From an uncultured virus (IMG/VR IMGVR_UViG_3300008266_000126) (Duplodnaviria; Heunggongvirae; Uroviricota; Caudoviricetes), in the IMG/VR virus record IMGVR_UViG_3300008266_000126: a stretch of DNA of 20,000 nt; one strand, given 5' to 3'. Every line of letters begins with the position of its first letter. The first letter of the stretch is position 1. Both the position numbers and the translations under genes were made by a program. The notes beneath the pieces were generated by a model. It was not told the origin of the DNA. It made no database searches and was given only the letters and a program-made list of their open reading frames with translations. Shown here piece by piece: positions 1 to 7,871 of this stretch.

Positions 1-286
1 TATACATTTTCATCTGATGACGAATAAGTTGTTCACCACCGAACTGCAATGCACGTTGTGCACCTAGAACGAGTTTTTGTTTATATGCAGCTGCAGCCTC
101 ATCCATAAATGCCATTAACTTAGATGACATTTTATCTGCATAGAAACCAGAATGCATTTTCATAACACGGTCAACAGCCTCTGACCAAGTTTCGTATCTA
201 CCTTCATCTTCTTTAAAACGAGCATACCCCTCGTAGAACTTAGCATCTGAAAGTAATTTTTTAGTATCTTTATAAGCTGCGACCAT
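1..286 (-). CDS. Ribonucleotide reductase large subunit, N-terminal part (runs off the window)
   Basis: Hand translation from ATG at 286: MVAAYKDTKKLLSDAKFYEGYARFKEDEGRYETWSEAVDRVMKMH...KLVLGAQRALQFGG. YAR...ETW.E...RV is the typical RNR N-terminal motif; no ATP cone is apparent. GAGG RBS upstream. Class not resolvable from this fragment. Confidence 0.85.
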   Translation of the reverse strand, partial: MVAAYKDTKKLLSDAKFYEGYARFKEDEGRYETWSEAVDRVMKMHSGFYADKMSSKLMAFMDEAAAAYKQKLVLGAQRALQFGGEQLIRHQMKMY

Positions 287-287
287 T

Positions 288-452
288 TTAGACCTCTTTT
301 TGTTCTTCTTTTTTCTTTAAAATAACTCTACCTTCTTCAATAATCCATTCAAGCTTAGTCTCAAGATTCCAACCAAGCTCGTTAATTAATTCTTCTGGTA
401 ATTCTATATACAATTCGTTATCAATATCTTGTTTGATTTCTCTAATATACAT
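288..452 (-). CDS. Small AbrB/MazE/SpoVT-like DNA-binding protein (54 aa, not in ORF track)
   Basis: Hand translation MYIREIKQDIDNELYIELPEELINELGWNLETKLEWIIEEGRVILKKKEEQKEV*. The I.LP.E....LGW.....L.W......I.L pattern fits the swapped-hairpin fold. It fills the gap between its neighbours. Confidence 0.7.
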   Translation of the reverse strand: MYIREIKQDIDNELYIELPEELINELGWNLETKLEWIIEEGRVILKKKEEQKEV

Positions 453-454
453 GA

Positions 455-1039
455 TTAAGCTCTTTTGTAAAAAGCTGTATTAAATGCAATTGAGATTCTA
501 TCTTCACCTGATAGATTTTGTGTTACTTCATGTTCAATCCAGCTAGGAAATATTACAAGCTGACCTACCTGTGGTGATATATTCCATTTAGAGCAATTTT
601 GCTCATTATACGATTTTAATACATCTCTAGGTGTAAACAAGGGTTGTAGATTAGATGGATGCTTAAGTACTAAATCACCTGAATATTCCGGTACCTTGAT
701 ATAATACACACCTGACATGTAAGAATCTGGGTGAATATGTGGTGCATTATAACTATATTGATGATTAATATTAACCCACATACTTTCTATTTTAAGATCT
801 AGTTCATCTTTATAGTTTATATTAATTCGTAAAGCATCTAATCTCGAATTAATTTCCTCAACCAAGAGTTGCACTTCTGGCATTTCATCTATAAAATCAC
901 TTTGCCATCCACCTCTATTAGTATATTTTCTGCCATCGGTTGTTCTTTGCAATTCTTGTGCAAATATTTCTAAACCAGTATTATCAATTTCTAATGTATC
1001 TACACACAGCAGACTAGAAAATATATTATGAAGATACAT
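455..1039 (-). CDS. Putative 2OG-Fe(II) oxygenase (TIGR02466-like)
   Basis: GGWQS, WVNIN...HIHP..YMSGVYY, FPSWIEHEV and RISIAFN motifs. Confidence 0.85.
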   Translation of the reverse strand: MYLHNIFSSLLCVDTLEIDNTGLEIFAQELQRTTDGRKYTNRGGWQSDFIDEMPEVQLLVEEINSRLDALRININYKDELDLKIESMWVNINHQYSYNAPHIHPDSYMSGVYYIKVPEYSGDLVLKHPSNLQPLFTPRDVLKSYNEQNCSKWNISPQVGQLVIFPSWIEHEVTQNLSGEDRISIAFNTAFYKRA

Positions 1040-2085
1040 TAGACTTTACTCCACTGTTGTAGTCTCATCTTTGCAGCAAGACCTGAAAACGTATTAGAAT
1101 CAATAATAGATTGAATAGCAGGACCAGATAGACCCTGCTTTAAAACCATATCATTTATATCTTTGTATTCAATAAATTCTGGCCAGATACAGACATTATA
1201 GCCTTGATCCACGGCTTTTGAAATCTTCTTAACAATTTCTTTGTTTCGTGGTTCATTATCATATACTACTACTATTTTATCTCTATCTGTTATATTATTC
1301 AAGTTAATATCAGAGCCTGCCATTGCAATACAATTATCTAAGAAAAGACTATCAATTGGACCTTCAACTACGTAGACCTTTTTAGTCTTATCGATAGAAT
1401 CTAGTCCAAATACCTTTTCTTTTGTCTCGTCTAAGATAATTGTAGAATAACGCATGTTCGTGGTCTTACTAAGCGATCTACCAGTAAAACCGAAAACATA
1501 ACCCTTTGAATCAATGAATGGGAAAACTATACGTGGCTCATCAAGTGCTAATGCTTTTTCGCTAAACTTGCCTGGCAGTATCGAGTTTACCCAGTAGTAG
1601 TATGTAGGCGAGTAGTAAATTCGATAATGAGTATTCGGAGGAATTTTTCTCTCTTGTACATAGATTTTTGCTGGGTGATTAGGTTTTAACTGTGAAATCT
1701 TAGATAATTCTTTAAAAGGATCAAAAGAATCTATACGCCTGCTAGAGAATTTCTCGATAGCAGGTACGAAAAAATTATCTATGTTGTTATTTGCACCACC
1801 CGTCTCTTTTAAAACTTCCAACCGGTATTCGGTATGTAAGGTGGTATTCTGAGATTTCATAAAGTTATTTAAAGTGGTACTAGCACCACAGTTAAAACAC
1901 TTGAAGTTAATATGACCTTTATGTTCATAGAAATGTCCACGTGTTTTAAAACGATTAGTGGCAGAATCACCACATAACGGACATCTAAACTGTGCAATAT
2001 AAGGTTTAGTTTTCTTTACTTTAAACTGCTGTAATTGCGTTCCAAGTAATGAAGCGTATTTTTGATCAATCCACAATGTACTCAT
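1039..2085 (-). CDS. T4-like DNA primase (gp61)
   Basis: Zn finger FRCPLCGDS...FKCFNC, EPRIVFP, GFTGR, TOPRIM motifs VVEGPIDSLF, YDNEPRN and KDINDM. Confidence 0.95.
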   Translation of the reverse strand: MSTLWIDQKYASLLGTQLQQFKVKKTKPYIAQFRCPLCGDSATNRFKTRGHFYEHKGHINFKCFNCGASTTLNNFMKSQNTTLHTEYRLEVLKETGGANNNIDNFFVPAIEKFSSRRIDSFDPFKELSKISQLKPNHPAKIYVQERKIPPNTHYRIYYSPTYYYWVNSILPGKFSEKALALDEPRIVFPFIDSKGYVFGFTGRSLSKTTNMRYSTIILDETKEKVFGLDSIDKTKKVYVVEGPIDSLFLDNCIAMAGSDINLNNITDRDKIVVVYDNEPRNKEIVKKISKAVDQGYNVCIWPEFIEYKDINDMVLKQGLSGPAIQSIIDSNTFSGLAAKMRLQQWSKV

Positions 2086-2114
2086 TATTACTATTCCTTT
2101 GATGGGACAGTAGT

Positions 2115-2145
2115 ATTATAGAGTAACTATAGAGAAATGCAACTG
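2115..2145 (-). promoter_or_regulatory. Sigma70-like (early/middle) promoter for the primase-RNR operon
   Basis: Minus strand caGTTGCAT-N16-TATAAT in the intergenic gap; shares CAGTTG...CTCTATWAT with the site at 14481-14512. Confidence 0.65.
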
Positions 2146-2424
2146 TTATTTTTGTTCGTTGACAGTTTTTTCTGCATCATCGTAAAACTGCTTAACTGCA
2201 TCAAGTTTTTGTTTGCAGGTTACATTATTCTTTTGCAGTTTTAGGATAAGAGCTCCAACTTGTTTATTAGTCAAAGTATCAGCTTTAGGAAACTTAGTTT
2301 CTACCGGGCATGTATACATATCATCTGGTGCTTTAACAATTTTATATTCTGGTGCTAGTAATTGTACAGCTGTCTGTGAACATCCGGTTAATAATAATGG
2401 AAATAATAAAATTAATCTTTTCAT
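2146..2424 (-). CDS. Lipoprotein, putative o-spanin (Rz1-like)
   Basis: Signal peptide with lipobox LLTG-C, Pro/Cys-containing body, 4-nt overlap with the upstream membrane-anchored coiled-coil gene. Confidence 0.7.
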   Translation of the reverse strand: MKRLILLFPLLLTGCSQTAVQLLAPEYKIVKAPDDMYTCPVETKFPKADTLTNKQVGALILKLQKNNVTCKQKLDAVKQFYDDAEKTVNEQK

Positions 2425-2825
2425 TTCTTTTTCTCACCATAAGCTGCATCTAGCTGTTTTACAATACTCTTAAGGTATGGAACTGCATCATCTGATACTG
2501 GTGCAGTTGTAGGAGTCTTTGGTTTTGACTCTTCATCTGCTTTCTTTTCAATTTCATCTAGTTGTTTCTTTGCATCAGCTTCTTGCTGTGCAATAATTTC
2601 TCTTATACGATCAGCATTAGTTTTGATAGTTTCTGTCTTTTCCTTGAACTCTTCTTCTTTTTTGTTGAAGAGTTCTTGCTGCATCATATTAAACTTCTCG
2701 GTAGCCTCATTCCATAAATTATGATCATGAATTGCTAACCAGGTAAAGAAAGAGCTGGATAGTAAAACTACTATACCAATTATCTGCCCTATTCTATTAC
2801 CCATAAAGAAACTTAAGAATGCCAT
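2421..2825 (-). CDS. Putative i-spanin (Rz-like)
   Basis: Single N-terminal TM helix (IIGIVVLLSSSFFTWLAI) followed by a long charged coiled coil, directly upstream of a lipoprotein gene. Confidence 0.7.
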   Translation of the reverse strand: MAFLSFFMGNRIGQIIGIVVLLSSSFFTWLAIHDHNLWNEATEKFNMMQQELFNKKEEEFKEKTETIKTNADRIREIIAQQEADAKKQLDEIEKKADEESKPKTPTTAPVSDDAVPYLKSIVKQLDAAYGEKKK

Positions 2826-3586
2826 TATTTTTCCTTAGATATTTTCTCGATATAATTTGCATATTCTGTTATACTATGATCAGCAAAGTTATCAATCTTA
2901 CCTTTTTTAAGACCATCTCTCATTCCTCTAAAACGATCTTTTATTCTTTGCCATCCAGTAGGATTTCTTAACTTACCATATGCATTAAGATAATGTTCAG
3001 TACCGTGGTGCTTGTAACCCATAATGGTAAATGGCACTCTTGTAACGATATCGTTATTATTAACCCATCTATGATGTTTTACACCCAATGAGTTAGCATA
3101 TTTTGGCCAACCAACTCTTGGTGAACCATATGTGTAGAGTTCTTCCGGGTCTGCTAATGACTTATCAAATAGACATCTGCTCGCCATAATAGTTGCCATT
3201 GCAGCACCTAGTGAATGACCACAGAACCAAAGTGTAGTGGATGAATCAAGACTTTGAATATCTTCTTTTACCAGTGGCCAAAGATCATCAACTTCCTTCT
3301 TAAATCCTTTATGAACTCTTGAAACTGTTTCTGATATTACAGGCCATGCACGAAGATCTGCTTTAATATCGTTCCATTGAGTAGGTTGTGTACCACGGCA
3401 GGATATTACACAATCTGTTTTGTTTTGAAATCTATAACTTTGTGCACCATCTACATCATAATATTCTACTTGATCGAATCCAAGCTTCTTAGCTTCTTTA
3501 GTAACCTTCTTTTGATCTAAGTAAGATATTTCGGAAAGACGTGCAAACAATAAACTACGTTGAATAAAGTCTAGATCTTTTATCAT
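2825..3586 (-). CDS. Class 3 lipase (alpha/beta hydrolase)
   Basis: SCRGT, VHKGF, nucleophile elbow GHSLGAA, YTYGSPRVG, NNDIVTRVP, C-terminal DHS. Confidence 0.9.
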   Translation of the reverse strand: MIKDLDFIQRSLLFARLSEISYLDQKKVTKEAKKLGFDQVEYYDVDGAQSYRFQNKTDCVISCRGTQPTQWNDIKADLRAWPVISETVSRVHKGFKKEVDDLWPLVKEDIQSLDSSTTLWFCGHSLGAAMATIMASRCLFDKSLADPEELYTYGSPRVGWPKYANSLGVKHHRWVNNNDIVTRVPFTIMGYKHHGTEHYLNAYGKLRNPTGWQRIKDRFRGMRDGLKKGKIDNFADHSITEYANYIEKISKEK

Positions 3587-3592
3587 AGTGTA

Positions 3593-4090
3593 TTACCTAC
3601 GTAATATTGGCGCCAATATAATATTTCTTCTTTTATACTTTCTAGCCGCTTTTACAGGAACACCTAGTGTGTCTGGTGTAAGCCCAGCAATACCTGCTAC
3701 TGTATTGACTGGAGCATGATCTTCTGCAAGTTCTGCTAATCTTAATTCTTCCATAGTAGTCTTAAGTTGATCTTCTAAACCAAACATACCATTAATAAAT
3801 GTTTCTTCATTCATTTTCTTAATAGGAGCAGTTCTGAGAAGTAACAAAGCTGCTGCCATAGTAGCTATTCTTGTACTACCACCTGGGACTTTAGCAATAA
3901 GTTTTTTTAAATTAATTACCATAGTATCAAAAAATCCCAATGCTTTCTTATCATCAGGAGAAAAATACTTTCTATCTCTTAGAAAATTACCCTTGTCATC
4001 AATAAGACCTCTGTCATATGCTGGCATCTTATCAAAAGGTGTAATAAGTTTTTTAATGAATTGATATACTAAAAATGTATCAACTACCAT
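3593..4090 (-). CDS. Conserved T4-like phage hypothetical protein (possible virion protein)
   Basis: DTFLVYQFIKKLITPF...AYDRGLID..G N-terminus and EDHAPVN..AGIAG C-terminal segment resemble proteins recalled from T4-like phages. Confidence 0.6.
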   Translation of the reverse strand: MVVDTFLVYQFIKKLITPFDKMPAYDRGLIDDKGNFLRDRKYFSPDDKKALGFFDTMVINLKKLIAKVPGGSTRIATMAAALLLLRTAPIKKMNEETFINGMFGLEDQLKTTMEELRLAELAEDHAPVNTVAGIAGLTPDTLGVPVKAARKYKRRNIILAPILRR

Positions 4091-4482
4091 CAGATTTTCC
4101 TTAGTTCGTTTAGTATTCTTTCATCTACTACAATATCTTTAGTATTTATTGTTCTATTTTCAACACCAATATTCTGTATAGTTTCTGGTAAAAGGTTTAG
4201 AAAAACTAGAAAGGATTTAAGTTGAGATTCCATTCCTTTACACTTTAAAAAGAGCATTTTTACTGTGGCTTGTGGACCAAAAACGTTGCATAATATAGTA
4301 ATATGGTTTAAAATAAGACGTTCTTTCAAATCACCTTCTTCAACGTATCTATTAAGAAGTCTCTTAATATACTTAATTCTCTTTAGATCATCATAGAATT
4401 CTACAGTATCATAGCACTGTGGATTATCGTAGTGTCTAGCAGCAAATAATAAAAAATTAAATTCGTCAAGTTTATCAATCAT
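4090..4482 (-). CDS. Conserved T4-like phage hypothetical protein
   Basis: NFLLFAARHYDNPQC...EFYDDLKRIKYIKRL...LKERLILNH...NVFG motif family; coupled to the next gene by a TGATG overlap. Confidence 0.7.
   Translation of the reverse strand: MIDKLDEFNFLLFAARHYDNPQCYDTVEFYDDLKRIKYIKRLLNRYVEEGDLKERLILNHITILCNVFGPQATVKMLFLKCKGMESQLKSFLVFLNLLPETIQNIGVENRTINTKDIVVDERILNELRKI
4143..4150 (-). promoter_or_regulatory. Possible T4-type late promoter (AATAAATA)
   Basis: NATAAATA about 50 nt upstream of the ATG at 4090, inside the end of the preceding gene; chance hits are likely in AT-rich DNA. Confidence 0.35.
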
Positions 4483-4485
4483 ATA

Positions 4486-5637
4486 TTAGAAATCGCTTAA
4501 TGCTACTTTTTTCCAACTATTAGTTCCAACACATATGTAAATATTATTACTATCCCAGCTGGCTTGACCTGCAATACCTACAGAGTTATTAGCTTTAGTA
4601 GCTAAGGGTAGTATAAACGATATAGAAGTATTAACAGATACAGCAGTAGAATTAATTACCATTTTAGAATCTACATTGGTAGTACCACCAGCATGTAATA
4701 TTAATGAAGTACCTGTATTTGCAGTACCGATAGTTAGATCACCACCTTTATTATAAACATAAGAATCATTAGGACCACCTATGCTATAACTGGAATTACT
4801 ATAATTACTACTATTAATACCTATATCAATATAAGGACCTGCATCACCATCTATATCACCTATATCATTATACATAACTACATCTGTAGATGCATTATTA
4901 CTTGCACTAGCATTTTTAACTGCTACTTGCGCGTAAGTGTCAACTGATGTATAAAATATAGGTACAGCTCTTTGTGTGTTAATATGACGCCATACTGACC
5001 CATCAAAAATCCACTCATCGCCAGCACCCTTTCCAATTAAATCATATGTAGAAACAAAAGTGCCTGTTACTGGGTTTTCAATATAATTGCTACCGTATGC
5101 GTTACCGGAAAAAGTAGTAACTTTTACTTTATATTGACCACCATCATTAATATTTTTTATAAAATAACTTTTACCGGAGATTGCAGCAGGTGAAGATGCA
5201 CTATCTGGTAAAATTATTCTTATATCTTGACTTATATTATTAGGGTCAGCAAATACAATATAATCATGTTTTTCTGCAAGATAAGTGTTAGAGGAATTAA
5301 CAAGAGTATAGTCTTGCACACCAGAAAAAGCTGACCATATTGCACTATTGACTTGATCATCCCAACTTAACAAGTAACCTTCATTTGTGTTTGAAGAAGG
5401 TAAAATAGAAAGTGTGTTTGCAGATAAAACACCGTTAGAGATAGTTAATCCATCACCAACTTTTATAGTACCTCTAACTGTACTGTTAGCGTAATTTAAA
5501 CTATTAGTTACACTGGTAGCAAAATTAGTAAGTGTAACTTTATTAGTAGAGGGTGACCCACCTGGATCATGAACTACCATTAGTAGGTCTGTATTAGCAA
5601 CGCTTGTTATAGCGTTTAGTTCTGAAATCTTAGGCAT
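4486..5637 (-). CDS. Virion structural / fibre-like protein
   Basis: MPKISEL...TDLLMVV...TNKVT N-terminus, GTIKVGDGLTISNGVLS motif, Asn/Ser/Thr/Gly-rich body, C-terminal GQASWDSNNIYICVGTNSWKKVAL typical of phage fibres. Confidence 0.65.
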   Translation of the reverse strand: MPKISELNAITSVANTDLLMVVHDPGGSPSTNKVTLTNFATSVTNSLNYANSTVRGTIKVGDGLTISNGVLSANTLSILPSSNTNEGYLLSWDDQVNSAIWSAFSGVQDYTLVNSSNTYLAEKHDYIVFADPNNISQDIRIILPDSASSPAAISGKSYFIKNINDGGQYKVKVTTFSGNAYGSNYIENPVTGTFVSTYDLIGKGAGDEWIFDGSVWRHINTQRAVPIFYTSVDTYAQVAVKNASASNNASTDVVMYNDIGDIDGDAGPYIDIGINSSNYSNSSYSIGGPNDSYVYNKGGDLTIGTANTGTSLILHAGGTTNVDSKMVINSTAVSVNTSISFILPLATKANNSVGIAGQASWDSNNIYICVGTNSWKKVALSDF

Positions 5638-5659
5638 TAGTCACCCTCTATATTAGTTA

Positions 5660-6502
5660 TCAAGAATCAGGAAGTACTGAATCTTCGCCGTCACCAGACA
5701 TTGAGCCCATTGCAACTAGTGTTTCATACTGAACACGTCCAGCACGGTTACCAGAACCTACTGTACGTACTACCCAACCAGCGTGTGCAATACCCTTATT
5801 GCTACCACCACCAACAACGGCTGCACCTGTTGCTGTATCACCTTGTAGAGTGTGACCAGTTTCTGTTAGACCCTTTGTAAGCGTGATTCTTGAACCACCT
5901 GAAGTAGTAGCAAGTGCTACAACAGTTGAATTTGCAAACTGAATGTAGTACTTAGTGCCTGATGTAAGACCACCAACTGCTGTATTACCAGATGCTACAG
6001 TATAAGTTACAGGATCGCCTGCAACAAATGCACCAGCAGAACCTAATGCAATAGTACTATTTGCACCACCACCAGTACCACCAGTTACTGCAGAGTTAGC
6101 ATTAAAAGTATTTGCAGTTGGAGCAGCAAAAGTAATAGAAGGATTAGTTTCATAAGATGAACCAGCATTGCTGATATTTGATCCACCAATCTTACCAGTA
6201 TTGTTTGCTGTACCAGTAGCTGCAGCACTTGAACCGCCACCACCTGTGAAAGTAACAGTAGAGTTAGAAGTATAACCAGAACCTGCATTAGTTACAATAA
6301 TCTGAATAACACCACCAGAACCAACACCAATTTCTGTAGTATCAACACCAAATTGACCTACTGTTAATCCGCTAACAATAGCATCGGCTGTTACGTTACC
6401 AAATAGAGCAGTTCTATTTGAAGAATTAGGTGCAAGATTAAATCCTGTACCTGCCCACAGCACTGAATTTGCTGCTGAGTCGTCGTTTTTCCATTGTGAC
6501 AT
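5660..6502 (-). CDS. Gly/Thr/Ser-rich virion structural protein
   Basis: Repeated I.V.NAGSGY motifs, C-terminal HAGWV...GRVQYETLVAM; late promoter and AGGAG RBS upstream. Confidence 0.7.
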   Translation of the reverse strand: MSQWKNDDSAANSVLWAGTGFNLAPNSSNRTALFGNVTADAIVSGLTVGQFGVDTTEIGVGSGGVIQIIVTNAGSGYTSNSTVTFTGGGGSSAAATGTANNTGKIGGSNISNAGSSYETNPSITFAAPTANTFNANSAVTGGTGGGANSTIALGSAGAFVAGDPVTYTVASGNTAVGGLTSGTKYYIQFANSTVVALATTSGGSRITLTKGLTETGHTLQGDTATGAAVVGGGSNKGIAHAGWVVRTVGSGNRAGRVQYETLVAMGSMSGDGEDSVLPDS

Positions 6503-6543
6503 TTGATTTTCTCCTTTGAGTAGAATTACAGACTTCTACCCAG

Positions 6544-6551
6544 TATTTATG
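6544..6551 (-). promoter_or_regulatory. T4-type late promoter (CATAAATA)
   Basis: NATAAATA in the intergenic gap, about 40 nt upstream of the ATG at 6502. Confidence 0.65.
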
Positions 6552-6576
6552 GATTCTATAGTATCTAATGTACTAA

Positions 6577-7014
6577 TTATTGTTTAGATGTTGCTCTTAA
6601 CATCCATTGGTGTTTTCTATGAATTTCCATACGACCTTGAAGGAAATTGGAAAGACCTATCTCACCTGCTTCATTAGCAAGTTTATCTAATTCACCAATT
6701 AAAAACATCACTTTAGTATTATCTTCCATAGCAACTCTTATCATCTGACTAGCAGGGAGTGTTTCAAATTGATCACTTACTACACTGAGTGCTGAAAATC
6801 TACCTAGAGAACCAGGTGCATATGCTTGTAATGCTCTAAGATGCTCTGCATAATTATCTACACTACCATGAACATCTGAATAAAGATCACCAAATAATTC
6901 ATGATATTGAGGGAAGTTTGGACCCTCTACATTCCAATGAAAGAAATGCAATTTAAGATAGAATGAAAAATTAGATGCATGTAATATTTTTAGTTTTTCA
7001 ATAAGCTGTTCCAT
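6577..7014 (-). CDS. dps: Dps family ferritin-like DNA-protection protein
   Basis: HFFHWNVEGPNF..YHELF..LY, VDNYAEHLRAL and HRKHQWML motifs. Confidence 0.92.
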   Translation of the reverse strand: MEQLIEKLKILHASNFSFYLKLHFFHWNVEGPNFPQYHELFGDLYSDVHGSVDNYAEHLRALQAYAPGSLGRFSALSVVSDQFETLPASQMIRVAMEDNTKVMFLIGELDKLANEAGEIGLSNFLQGRMEIHRKHQWMLRATSKQ

Positions 7015-7196
7015 TAAGTTCCTCCGTTGCCACCGCCGTTCCCGCCTCCGGAGCTTGAACTTTTACCTGGTGGGTGTCTTTCTATTTTACCTGATGCCAT
7101 ACGAATTCCTACCATAGGAGGATTCCATGTTTTTCTTTTTCCTGTAGTTCCAGCTGGAACTGATAATTCTGATATAAATTGTTTAAACGTTACCAC
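7014..7196 (-). CDS. Small basic protein with capsid-targeting-like N-terminus
   Basis: MVTFKQFISE|L resembles the T4 internal-protein leader MKTYQEFIAE; Gly/Ser tail; overlaps both neighbours. Confidence 0.6.
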   Translation of the reverse strand: MVTFKQFISELSVPAGTTGKRKTWNPPMVGIRMASGKIERHPPGKSSSSGGGNGGGNGGT

Positions 7197-7570
7197 GCTT
7201 TACAACTCCAATATCTAGCTTTATGTCTAGGACCTGGACTATCACAATTATGTCTTGCACGGAATGATCTTCTACGTGCAGGTATATTCTTTTTAATTCT
7301 CATATTAGGATCACCAAAGTTAACCTTAACTACGTTACCTTTATCATTTCTAACGTAAACAGCTCTCTTTTTTGGTCCATCTGGTGTAAGGAATGGTTTA
7401 CCTAATTTAACTTTACGTCCACCGTGTTCTGCTTCTTCTTCTATTTCGTTCCAGTCTTCGTAAAGCTCATCACCTGATACAACAAAATCTTCTTCGATGA
7501 GTTCATGAATTTCCATTTCCTCATCTAATAGACAGCCATTTTCTTCTGAATGTTCTTTAAAGGTTTTCAT
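7190..7570 (-). CDS. Conserved phage protein: acidic leader plus basic C-terminal domain
   Basis: MKTFKEH start, acidic stretch, then EAEHGGRKVKLGKPF...VNFGDP...RRSFRARHNC...ARYWSCKAW. Confidence 0.7.
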   Translation of the reverse strand: MKTFKEHSEENGCLLDEEMEIHELIEEDFVVSGDELYEDWNEIEEEAEHGGRKVKLGKPFLTPDGPKKRAVYVRNDKGNVVKVNFGDPNMRIKKNIPARRRSFRARHNCDSPGPRHKARYWSCKAW

Positions 7571-7871
7571 TTTTATTTTTCTCTTTTACTATACCTTTAT
7601 GAGATACATCATGCACTTTATATCCCATTTTATGGTATTTCATTTGTGTTTTAAAAATTGCATCGTGTTTATTTTTAGCACGTATTTTATCTTTAAAGTA
7701 TTCTTTATTACCATCTTTAGAAGCAGTAGTGTGTACCTTATGCTCTGGTTCTTGAAAGTTGGATATATCTTTAACCAGAACATTCTTTCTTTTTACTTTA
7801 AGTTCAGCAGTCTTCTGTCTTAAAGTAAGAGCTTCATTTAATTGATCTAAAAATTCTCTAAAAGTAATCAT
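7557..7871 (-). CDS. Basic hypothetical protein with capsid-targeting-like N-terminus
   Basis: MITFREFLDQLNE|A leader followed by a Lys/His-rich body. Confidence 0.6.
   Translation of the reverse strand: MITFREFLDQLNEALTLRQKTAELKVKRKNVLVKDISNFQEPEHKVHTTASKDGNKEYFKDKIRAKNKHDAIFKTQMKYHKMGYKVHDVSHKGIVKEKNKNENL

Noticed and set aside
7017..7060. GC-rich low-complexity patch
   Set aside because: It simply encodes the Ser/Gly tail SSSSGGGNGGGNGGT; no convincing RNA structure.
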